64,000 bases of DNA from assembly GCA_964247055.1 (NCBI GenBank), contig OZ176052.1, forward strand, positions 744,001-808,000, written 5' to 3'. This DNA comes from Paragordius varius. Its lineage: Eukaryota; Animalia; Nematomorpha. This document shows positions 12,201-50,420 of this stretch, one piece after another; the first letter of the stretch is position 1; the number at the start of each line of letters is the position of its first letter. Position numbers and translations under genes: made by a program. The notes under the pieces are model-generated. The model was not told the DNA's origin, ran no database searches, and worked only from the letters and a program-made list of their open reading frames with translations.

Positions 12201-15013
12201 ACGGTTGATGTACAGTCTCTATTCACTAGAATTTCTAAAAACGAGGTCTTAAACTTATAAAACAATTTAACAAACAAAGGTTTACATCCTGATATTCCTA
12301 AATTAGTTAAATTATGACTTTTTATAATGCCTTTTTTCTTTTTAACATCCAATTTTACCTCCAAAACAACGGTACACCTATGGTATCAAGCATTTCCCCA
12401 ATCCTTGCCGATCTATATATGAAAAATTTCGAAGAAACTATCTTTAACTCCACTTCCCTAGTTCCAAGTCTTTGGTTACGATATATCGATGATATGTTGG
12501 CAATTTGGCCCCATGGATAAGAGAAGTTATGCGATTTTTAAGATTTTATAAATAATATAAATAGCAATATTAAATTTACCATGGAATTTAATAACATTTC
12601 TATAAGCTTCTTAGACACCCTTGTAATGAAAACAAAAAATGAAAAACTCGGGCATACAGTGTACAGAAAGCCAAAACACACATCAACCTTTACCTCAATG
12701 CTGACTCCCATCATCACCCTAGCCAAAAAAAGATCAATTATCAAAACTCCAATCCACCGAGCTCAACAAATAATATGCGACTCCAGCTCACTGCGACCCG
12801 AAATCAACCACCTTAGACAATACTTTCAACAAAATGACTACTACCCACAACTTTTCAATAGAACCAACAATCAAACCACAGCTAAACAACAATCAAATGA
12901 TCATTCGGTTGCAATTGCCCTCTCTACCCTTCATTAAAAATGTATAACCACAAAAATTGGTCACGTATTTAACAGATTTAACATACGTACAATATATAAA
13001 CCAATGTCTAAACTTATCAATCACATAAAATAAGACTCTATACCCCGCGAGTGTTCCTGTGATGGTGTTTATGTCGGAGAAACAGGTCACACCATTGATC
13101 AAAGATTAAAAGAACTTACACAATACATAAGCTCTGATAAATTTAAGCCTGGACTTGCTGAACACATTTGTTCTCAAGTTCACCACATAGCTAAAACAGA
13201 AGTATTGGTTAACATGGAAGATCGTTCAAAACGATTTATACGTGAAGCTATCGACATTAAAAAGCAAAATGCGAATCTTAACCGTGCCGACGCTATGGTG
13301 TTGTCAAACATGTGGAATTACAACCTTAAATAATATTTTATAATGCAACCATAAATCAAATTGTATAACAATTGTATAATCCATCCATTCATTAATTAAG
13401 GGTATTTATTACTAGTTTTTTCCAGTAATGTTTATTGGTTTTTTTCACTAGTTGTAAATACATTTACCACATTTCATTTTCACCATTTTATATGTTTTTT
13501 TGATTTCGTTTCAATTTTTTTTTATCCTGACAAAGGTTATACAATTATAACCGAAAATTAGATATTTTTATAAATAAATTAACTATTTATTTTTTAAAAA
13601 TCATTTATACGCGTTTTTGTCATTACTTTAACACTTTAGCTAATATGTTTGGTTTTTTTGTTCAAAAATTTTAATTTAAAATATTTAACATTCTTACTGC
13701 ATTTCCCAGTTACACAATTATTTGGGGCCAATTCAGGCCCTAAAGTACAATTCAAGGGTGATTCAATGTTAGGATTGCACACTAAATCCAAAAATTATAA
13801 TTATATAAATTTATTTAATAATTTTAAAATTTAAATTATACAGACAAGACGAGAGAACATAAGAACACACATTTTTTTTTCAAAACACAACCATACTTTT
13901 TTAAATTTAATTTTTCCTATCTAAACTATTTAAACTAATTGTAATATATATATATATATAAATAATTGATTGTCTTACCAATTTTCATTTTTATTTGATA
14001 CCTTGTAATTTAAAACAGTGAATTATATTTAAAAAACCAAATGCAATGTATAGCGGGCTTAAAAAATATATGTGTCTTTATGTTTTTACGTTTTCGTTTC
14101 AAGTTTTACGTAAAAAAATTCAAATTTAAACAGAAATTGAAGTTTAAAATTTACAGCATTTGCATGTTCGACAGCCAAATTCATCAAAGACATAACCGAA
14201 ATCACAGTTTTTGACACATTTCCGTAGTGGGCATTCTAAAGGATTAGAGCAATGTTCATTCAATCAATTAAAATAACCTTTTTTTGGTTGGAATTATTTT
14301 GCTATTCTATATAACTGTCCAAAAAGGTTTTAGCGATTATCACACACAAAAATGTTTTAAATATCAAGTTTTTGATTTTACCACAGATTTTTTACCAAAA
14401 AATAATTATGAAAAAATTAATAAAAAAAATTGATTAATTACTTTTAAAAAGGCACATTACTACAATAATATAACAAATATTAAAAATGTACCACATTTGC
14501 ACAAAGGACATCCATTTGAATCTTTTTTGTAAAATCCATCCGGACATTTTAGTTGGCATCGTTTTATAGAAGGACAATAGGCTATATAAAATATTGCATT
14601 AAAATATAAAATTATTTAACATGAAAAGAATTGCAAAATAATTTTAATTCAATTTTTCGGGGAAAAATGATCTAATTTTGTTTTTTTTATATTATAGATA
14701 TCTTTTTTTGATAAAATATGCAGAAACATTCGCAAAGACATAACATATAACAAAAATTATTTCAAAAAATGTTTAATATAAAATTAAATTTTCTAACCGC
14801 TTTTCAGTCTCCTGAAAAGTGTTTTAAATCGTAAGATTTTTTAGCTTAAAAGGGGTTCTGAAAAATAAACTTTTGATTCTGATTTCAAATGATATATTTA
14901 ATGATTAAATATATATTTTACTGACCTTCAGATTGATAGGAACTTGTTTTAGCTATCATAAAATCCAACAAGAATATTAAAAAGTATATTTTAAGATGTA
15001 TTATGCACCACAT
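9296..15013 (-). CDS. Secreted multi-domain antistasin-like serine protease inhibitor (173 aa, 6 exons)
   Basis: Exons 15013-14926 (signal-peptide-like MWCIIHLKIYFLIFLLDFMIAKTS), 14581-14492 (CPSIKRCQLKCPDGFYKKDSNGCPLCKC), 14235-14155 (CPLRKCVKNCDFGYVFDEFGCRTCKC), 13781-13698 (CNPNIESPLNCTLGPELAPNNCVTGKC), 9626-9546 (CVQNVVCPPLCPEPRINEEGCQVCDC) and 9393-9296 (CPALGCRPPCRIESVSPCPICNC...stop). All introns are phase 1 and each exon holds one antistasin-type C-x4/5-C-x3-C-x7/10-C-x2-C-x-C module. Confidence 0.85.
9941..11898 (-). mobile_element. Decayed, 5'-truncated Penelope-like retroelement (left arm of inverted pair)
   Basis: Reverse complement matches 11899-13631 and carries about 200 nt of extra upstream RT sequence (IIMLPVDYGNTTVILTKEQY, compare KADKGN.TV..). 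Stops and frameshifts are present. It lies in intron 4 of the antistasin-like gene. Confidence 0.88.
11899..13631 (+). mobile_element. Decayed, 5'-truncated Penelope-like retroelement (RT plus GIY-YIG endonuclease)
   Basis: Frameshifted fragments [74 protein letters not shown]...SFLDTLV...VYRKP and the GIY-YIG part CSCDGVYVGETG...RLKE...LAEH...REAIDI...NLNR ending at TAA ~13330. A 3' region with a hammerhead motif follows. Confidence 0.92.
13523..13564 (+). ncRNA. Minimal type I hammerhead ribozyme motif (PLE-associated), G8>A core variant
   Basis: TATC-CTGACAA-A-GGTTATA-caat-TATAACC-GAA-AATT-A-GATA. Stem I TATC/GATA, 7-bp stem II, palindromic stem III AATT, as described for Penelope-associated minimal hammerheads. 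The core CUGANGA reads CUGACAA. Confidence 0.7.
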
Positions 15014-15294
15014 TTTTTTATAAAATAAAAAAAATGACTTTATAAAATGGCCATATATATTTTTTCTTTTATTCAAATTTCACAAAATGCAAAAGATTTC
15101 GTTGACATTGTATCAGCGTTAAGTTTTTTATTCCAAAAATATGCTATTTTGTGCCAAATTAAATTTAGTTGACAGGGACCGACCTTTTTTAATACAAGTT
15201 TAATGAGAGTAATTTAACAATTTTATTTTGCATTTATAACAACGGATTTACGTATAAGATTTATATATAGGTTTATATGTTTTTACACTTATTT

Positions 15295-15956
15295 AACAGT
15301 ATGAGTAAGTATATATATATATATATATCTAGAAAGTTATTTATTATTGCCAAATAGCATATGCAGCAAAGATAATTATTATTGGCTAATTATAGTAAAA
15401 AGTAAAAAAATAACTATAAGCCATTGTAACTGCCCTTTGTAGTATATGCTATTTGTAATATTAATAATTCTCTAGCAATATATATTTTGTATTTTACAGT
15501 ATGCATTTAAATGGTTGCTTATTTTACAGAATAATTTGGGCAGTTTGCAACAACACAGTAGTGTATGGAAAAAAAGTAACGAAATGTTAAATAACCATTT
15601 TTTTCCTTTCTTTTTTCCATACACTACTGTGTATTGCAAATTGGCCAATTAGGGTGTGAAATAAACAACCATTAAAATGCATACTCTATATATTGGGGAC
15701 ATAAATGAAAGGCAAACTATTTAGTAAAAACACTAAACAACTTGGAAATGTTTTAGTGGAGGGAATCATAGACAGTATGAGTAAGTATACATTGCTAGAG
15801 AAAATTATTAATTATTGCCATAGCATATGCAGCAAAGACATAATAACAGTAAAAAGTGAAAAAAATAATGCCAAGGATAGTGCCCTTTGTTGTATATGCC
15901 TACTATTTGGCAATAATTAATACTAGCAATATATACTATACTTACTCATACTGTAT
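15295..15956. mobile_element. Cluster of small Tc1/mariner-type MITEs (families 3 and 4)
   Basis: CAGTATGAGTAAGTATA...TATACTTACTCATACTG (~15297-15480 and ~15773-15954) flank CAGTATGCATTTAAATGGTTGC...CAACCATTAAAATGCATAC (~15497-15685). Related copies at ~32900 and ~56290-56466. Confidence 0.7.
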
Positions 15957-18921
15957 TTGACCCAAAGATATTAAAACATTGACAATTAAAAAATAAAACG
16001 TAAATTCAATTTTTATGACAAACTGCATTCGGTTTAATTGTTAATATACTGGCTTTCGTCCAATTTAGAGTTGATAAAAAAATTAAAGAACATAAAATTA
16101 ATAACTAAAATATTATGATATGACACTTTTATAAAGATATCTACAAATACTTTTGATATACAGTAAAAACTAAAATTATACGGACAAAACGAATTAAAGA
16201 CAAATATTTTTTTCTAAAAGGCAACCATATTTTTTTAATCTTGATTTATTTTAAATGGCGTGAAATATTACTTATTACTAAATTTTAGAATGGTACCTAA
16301 GTAGCTTATGGGAAACATTAGGGTTCTTAAAAATATGGTTGTTTTTTAGAAAAATTGCCTTTATATTTTTACGTTTGATATTATTACAATTTTTACTATA
16401 AATGGTAATTACATCAATAAAAGTTGAGATATTTGAAAAATAAAATTATTATTGCATTTTTTATAATGTAAAATAAATGATTCCTGATACTACAATATTA
16501 AAAATATATGTACAAATCATTTATTTGCGTTAACTAAATCATGTTGTAAAATTTGATGTTCTTGAAATCTCAAAGAAATTCTTTCGGTAGATTTTATATG
16601 TTTGTCAAGACAATTTTGAACGCAATTATTCTAATAATTAGTGAAAACAAATAAAAACTTCTTTATCGGAAAGAGATCTGGATGAAAAATCAAATATACA
16701 ATCCATAAAGCAATTATGAGATATTTTATTGAAAGAAAGGAGAAACTCTTTAAGCTGCATATTAAATTTTATTTAAACCTGACTAGGATCCTGATTGGAC
16801 ATATATTGAAACCACGCTGGACGTGTTTATAAGCGTTAATAATATGATGATTGTTTTTATCTTGTTGTACCAAATTATTTCTACAAACGCACTTACTTAA
16901 CCCAAAATATTAAATTATTTTTGGCAGAGTATAAAAAGTTTAAATAAATTTACTCTAATACATAGTACCTAAAAAATATATTTTGATAAAAAAACGAGTT
17001 TCAAATATTTTGGTATTGCTTTGTGTAAAGGATCAATATCGAAAAGTGGCAAAATCACACATATAAGCTTAAAATTTTTGTCCTCCTCTTAAAAGACCAT
17101 TTTTTAGCTAAACCAAAACGAGATTGCGACATGTCAACAGTCTTCACAAAAACTTTTGATGATATATATATATATATATATATATTCGGAGAATTTATTA
17201 GAATTAACATGGTGTCTTTGGTTTTGGTCGTTACGTTTTAAATTATTTTGCACTTTTGTAGTAAATGGTCAAAAGGCAAAATTTGCGCATATTATATCAT
17301 ATTTTTCGGTGAAATCTAAATTCTTCATTCCAAAAATATCAGTAAAATATATAAGCTACATATAAAAATCAAAACAATATTTTTTAAAAAATTCAATGTT
17401 TACATATGGGCTCCGAAAGTCCCATATTTTTTCGTTCTCCTTAAATAAACAGATTTTCTTTGTATAAACGCAAAAATTTTTAATTGAATAAAAACCTAAA
17501 AATATGCTAAATTATCATATCAACCAGTATTTTTAAAAATCATGTTTTTTCAAATATTTAAAGCCTAATTTTTACTATTTGAGGCATTATGTAAACTCTA
17601 TATATAATTATAATATTAAAATTTAAAAATTCGTTTTTCTACGGATAATATACAAAATTTGGTTAATTCTCAAATCAATATTCTGAGAAAGAAATATCCA
17701 ATTATATAGATTTCAGTACTGATGTATGAAATGCATCATTGAATTATATAAAAAAGGTATTGTTTTATATATAAGGGTTTTTATACGATTTCTATAATTC
17801 CTCATTTAGAAAAATAATTTTTTTGCCAAAATTAAGCATCTGAAAATATTTACCGCGCGGCATTTTGTGCTTATTTAATTAATTGCTAAGTTTAGATGGG
17901 TTCAAAAGTAGACTTTCGAAACTAGCTTGCAAAATCAATCAAAGTTTAAAAATATTATTTGCTGATATTTTTCAAAATGTAGCATTTTCATCCAAAATTA
18001 TTTTGCAAAATTTGCGCAAATATTACAATTTCCGATATGGAGCTCATACCAAATATAAGGTTATAACTTTCTTTCCAACACCTTTTGGGATAGTTTTATA
18101 TACCAGAGGGATTTAAAATTTTAATATCTTAAGTAGTATATAAATCATTAAGCTGAATTTGAATGTTTTCTTTCTTTAGGTGCATTCAAAAAAATATTAG
18201 AAAAAATTAAAATTGTAAAAAAATTATCAACTATTTTACAGCCTTTTTTATAAATTTTAATCGCAAAACAGGCAATTAATGTATATTATGGTTAAATGTA
18301 GATAACTAACTAACTAGGTAACATTTTACCAGTCCAAACTTGATAAATAATGATTTCAATAGCCGTTTATTTAAATAGTATATATAAGCTGTCTCATTTT
18401 TAAACTTTAGTGGTCACAAAACTGATAAAATATAATATCTAATTCAGAACAATGTTTAATTAAATTTAAATACTACGACTCTAGTTTATTTACAATGAGC
18501 TTTGGTATATAAAACTATCCCAAAAGGTATACTAGGACAAAAAATATATATATAAATGGCTTAAAAGTTTAAGGTGGGAATTTTTTTAATCATTTTTATA
18601 AAAGAAATTTTTGTATGATGCGCCTAAAAGGCTAAAAACAGAATATTTTTCTTAATACATGAAATACTTAATTTTAATTCTTTTCAATATTAATAGTATA
18701 GATTTAAACTAGCCTCTCTCATTTTTATGTAAACCTAAATACGTTTCGTATGATAAAAATATCATGATTATATCTTAACTGCTGTGATTGATTGCGGGAT
18801 AAAACCTGATGTGTCACATGCCAAATTCAAATTTTTAATCTTAAAATATAATTTTTATTGTTTATTTAAATTGTTTCGAAGCTAAAACTTTTTTTGTGTA
18901 ATTACTTTAATTTCCTGCAAA

Positions 18922-45988
<27,067 letters not shown>

Positions 45989-47506
45989 CTTTGCAAAGAA
46001 TTTTATTTAAACATTATAATAATATTTATTATTATACTACAAAAATTGTGCTCATTTTAATTAAACTCTTTGTATATATATTGTACATTGCTCAATTTGA
46101 CATATTATATTTATAATAATTGCGACAGTTTTTAATATAATTTTTGTAAAATATCGATTGATTTTAACCTTATACACACCTCATTTTTATACTTTTTTAA
46201 AACATGTGAATATTTCTATCTAAGTCACACACTACTTACAAGTCAAATCATTCTAATAAATTTAACGTAATAATATTTTTTGGAAATTTTTAGCATTTGT
46301 ATTTTATGGTTAAAAATTAATATTTAGAAATATATCTCATTCACTAAGAAAGGCTCATAATCAAAAACTATATCGTAATCAATATAGTAACAAAATATGT
46401 CGTCGGAAAATATTTTAAATCCTAATGAAATTGATCAACTAATTTTGATAAACTACTTTTAGCGGTCAGTTTTGGTCAGTTTATTAATTAAATCGCAGGA
46501 GAAAAATACTAATGTTTTTTTATAATATAATTGTAATATATACTTTGTGATATATATACATATATATAATATAATAATAATACCCATTATGTTTTTGATT
46601 AACAAAAAATTTTTTGTATAAAGTAGAGATACCACATAACCAAAAGCTAAATGTATGCAAAAAATACACAAAGTATAAACTGCTATTTTATATAAAATGG
46701 TTTTCATAAAGTCAAGATTTTATTTAAACAATTGCCATCTTCTTTTTCCCACCTAAAAATATTAAAAATTATTAAGGTTAATTCCAAAAAACAAGCTATA
46801 TTAAAACGCTATTTATATGTAAGGAAAATAATTTAATAGACCACCAGGTATCAAATATATTTAGACAACTTTATACTTAACTAAAAAATAGAGTTCATAG
46901 AGCGTTTTATAACTGTTCGTCCTTTTTAAGTTTTTCGTAATAATACCCATCATTCAAAAAGATAGGGTTTGTAATTTAATTTATTACACATATAATAAAA
47001 TATATTATAAAGTATATGATATAATACTTAAATATTTAATATATATATATATATATATATATACATAATGTATAATGCAAAAATAAAGATATTTACATAT
47101 AAAGTGTGTAATGTTAATCAAGAATAGCACAAAACTAAATATTTATAACCAGAGAGAGTTGTTATAATAATTTTGGCCTGAATAAAGTTACAGAGATTTT
47201 AAAAGGCTACAATAAAATTGCTATAAAAATATAATTATAAAGACAAATCGCAAAAATAAAATGCAAATATTTGTTGTAAAAAGAGCCATTTAAAAGCATC
47301 TTTTACTCATAAAACAAAATAATTTATCTTTAATCCTTTTTTAGCAGTTATAATACTATAAGTTATATCAAAAAAACTATTCAGCAAAAAAATATTTGCC
47401 CTCAATTTTTACGTTTAGTCTTTATATAAATCTAATTTTATTGTAGGTTTAGTTTGATCCCAATTAACAAATATATCGTCGTCTTAGAAACAAATTAAAA
47501 ATTAAA

Positions 47507-50420
47507 TCAATCAGATCGCTGAGAGGCTGGACTGTCTCCACGCCCATTTCCATTGGTCGGCATTTCAGCATCGCTGCGATCAGCTGATCTAGCATCACGT
47601 GATGGAGATCGGGCATCACGTGAACGAGAAGACCGTGCAGGACTAGGACTACTGCGTCGTTTGCCACCACGTGACCGGGAACGTGACCTTGGCGAATAGC
47701 TACGCTCTCGTCTGCGCCCACCCTCCCGAGAACCGGATCTACGTCCATAACTAAATCATTAATCATAAAATAAATCTCTCATAAGTTGATTATTTTTTAA
47801 CACTCTATTTGCGAAAATCCATATTAACCAATATTAATTGGTCCAAAATTAATTTCTTGCGACATTTTATGAAATTATATTTAAGGTTCTTTTTTAACCG
47901 AGTTTGAAAAAATTGTCTCTTTTTGTGAAAATGAATTATAATATCGAACTGAATCCTCATTGTGACTAATTTTATATTTTATTCGACTAAACAAAATTAC
48001 AATAAAAGCATCCTTTTGTGATAAACCATTATTAAATTGAAATTACTATAAAATACTTTTTTCAAATTAATCTTCTCGATTATATGTACGGCTTATTTTT
48101 ATGGTTCAATCATTTTTAAGTATATTTATAAGAATAATAATTACCCCAATCTTAATCAACTTGAAATTTATGCAGTGTTAAAGATCGGCCGTAAAAAATT
48201 TATTAAACAGTGCTCCTTATAAATTTAGCTCATGTTGGTTATCATGCACTTATTCGATTTCTAAATACAGGTATAATTAGATGTTCTTTATACAAATTTG
48301 TTGCTTTTTGCAGTCATTAAGAAATAACCAATACAGGATTATTATTATTATAAGAAGAATGGTTTGACTTGTATTTTATCGGTAAGCATTATATTTGATT
48401 CAAACCTTCGCAATTTGCTGTATTGTTCAACCATACGAATCCTTCGACCATTTAGTTCGGTATCATCGAGTTTTCGAATGGCATTGTTCATATCCTCATA
48501 CGTCTCAAATTCAACAATCCTAAAAACACCACAGTATAGGAAAATAATAAAATTATATTATAAATAATGACTAAAAAGTATCAAAGGTCAAAATTTAAGC
48601 ATTCATACCCTTCATTCTTTTTCAACTTGTGGGCATCACTGTAGCTAACTTCACCCGCTTGGCGCATGTAATCTTTGAGATCCTAGAAAAAAGACACAAA
48701 AACATATTGTATCCAATATAGGCGCAACTATAAAGAGATAGATAAAAGGGCCATAAAAGGGCTGTTTAATCTATCATGTTCATCGGACAAAGCCCCCTAC
48801 AAGTTCCAGCGAGCACAGAGTATTAAAGCAAACCCCCAAAAGGCAACAAGTAACCGCCATATTGTGCAAGCGATAGTCCGTAAAATTTAGCAAAGTAGCC
48901 ACAATTTTTTAAGGCACGTAAAGACCGTAAAAGCGATTATGCTATAAAGAAAAATTGTCAGTCTGCGGTACACAAGCTTAAGAGTATGAATGAGACCAGG
49001 TAACAGTAATTTTTGAGAGCTATACCCTTCGTCTATTGCCCCCCAAAAAAGTGTTGTGTGTGCAAGTCCGTTTAGTACCCGTATAAAAAAGCACTCTAAA
49101 AACCAAACAAATATGGTTTGTTAAATTTTGCAAACAGTATAAAATTTAGCTTTGTGAAGAATAATCAACAATTTTAATATTTTTTGTCCAAAAAAATTTA
49201 TAAATGCAAAATTCTTCTGGATATATACCTGCCAACTCACACGACTTGATAGATTTTCCACCAAAACTCTGTAATCCGTTCGGGTAGGAGGTCCTCCTCT
49301 ACCATATCTAAATACAAAAATAATTTTAACATAAACGCAAGGTTTCTATTGTTATTATATATATTTAAAATCGTCTGCTTAACGCTTTAATATTCATGTA
49401 AAAATCATTTTTACATATTTAAAACAATTGTCCACAAAAATAACCGTATGCTGTATACTTTTATTTGGTATTGAAATAAAAAAATTGTTCATTTCGTAAA
49501 AAAAGTGAAAGAATAGAAAAAAACAAGAACTCTAATATTTTTGTCGCCCTCACCTACACTTGTTTAAAAAATTAAGATTATTATCGTTATTCCTATAGAC
49601 CTCGTCTTTTTTTCATTCTTTAACAAATATTTTTTACAAGAAATTTTTATCTTGTTACTAAATAAAAGTATAGGGGACTGTAAAGAAAGGCTTTGTAAAC
49701 AGTACATATATTTGGCGGAAAAAGGTTTGATATTAATTATTAAAATCGAAAATTTAAAACCTAATAGTTATTGGACTACTAATGTGTGGTTAGATTTATA
49801 AACTTGTATGATTAAAACTTTACTGTTTTCGAGGGGGAGGTCGGCGCATATCTCTATTTCTATCATCTCGATAATTGTTTTTCATTCGCGGACCTCTGGC
49901 TAATTCCACAATAACTCTGTAAAATTAAAATAGCAATATATATTTGCGCTTAATCGATACAAATGTATGTTTCAGATATGGGATTGTTTTCATGTTTATC
50001 AAACCCGAAAGATGTGTTCATCATAATAACAATTTAATATGTACAACAAATATACCTCTCGTTGAAAAATTCTTTTCCGTTAAGTGCATAAACTGCTTCG
50101 TCTGCATCGCGACAATCATCAAACTCCTAAAAAAATATAAAAATGTCATAAATTTCCCTTAGATTATCTTTCAGGCAAAAAAACAATCTTACACTCATTA
50201 TAAATTATATATCCATACGTAGACCACTAATAAATTATTAAAATTTATTAGCCGGCTTATTTGCATGGAAATTGCAAAATACTTTAAAAAAAATAATTAC
50301 CACAAATCCATATCCATTCTTTAGAGTAATCTCTCTGACCTTTCCATAATCTCGAACAAATCTTTCCAAGTCTTTCTCACGAGCTTGATTACTAACGCGT
50401 CCAACATATATTCGACTCAT
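47507..50420 (-). CDS. SRSF4/5/6: Serine/arginine-rich splicing factor of the SRSF4/5/6 (B52/SRp55) family (264 aa, 7 exons)
   Basis: Exons 50420-50301, 50126-50056, 49916-49824, 49307-49229, 48682-48609, 48519-48406 and 47750-47507 total 795 nt. RRM1 [10 protein letters not shown]...[26 protein letters not shown]; RRM2 [34 protein letters not shown]...GIVEF; C-terminal RS domain SPRSRSRSR. Confidence 0.95.

Noticed and set aside
14700-14770. Signal-peptide-like frame (FEIIFVICYVFANVSA) in antistasin intron 1
   Set aside because: It has no ATG or usable splice sites. A better first exon exists at 15013-14926.
16478-16900. Exon-like stretch considered as the missing PKD N-terminal ULD
   Set aside because: It has multiple stops and no ULD motifs. 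It is more likely a decayed TE coding remnant, family not identifiable.
46459-46707. Hydrophobic 82-aa ORF between PKD and the SR gene
   Set aside because: It is low-complexity AT-rich sequence in the convergent 3' region, with no motif or splice support.
47464-47766. 100-aa [17 protein letters not shown]...
   Set aside because: It is an alternative frame of the GC-rich RS-domain exon. The RS frame is the one that splices in phase.
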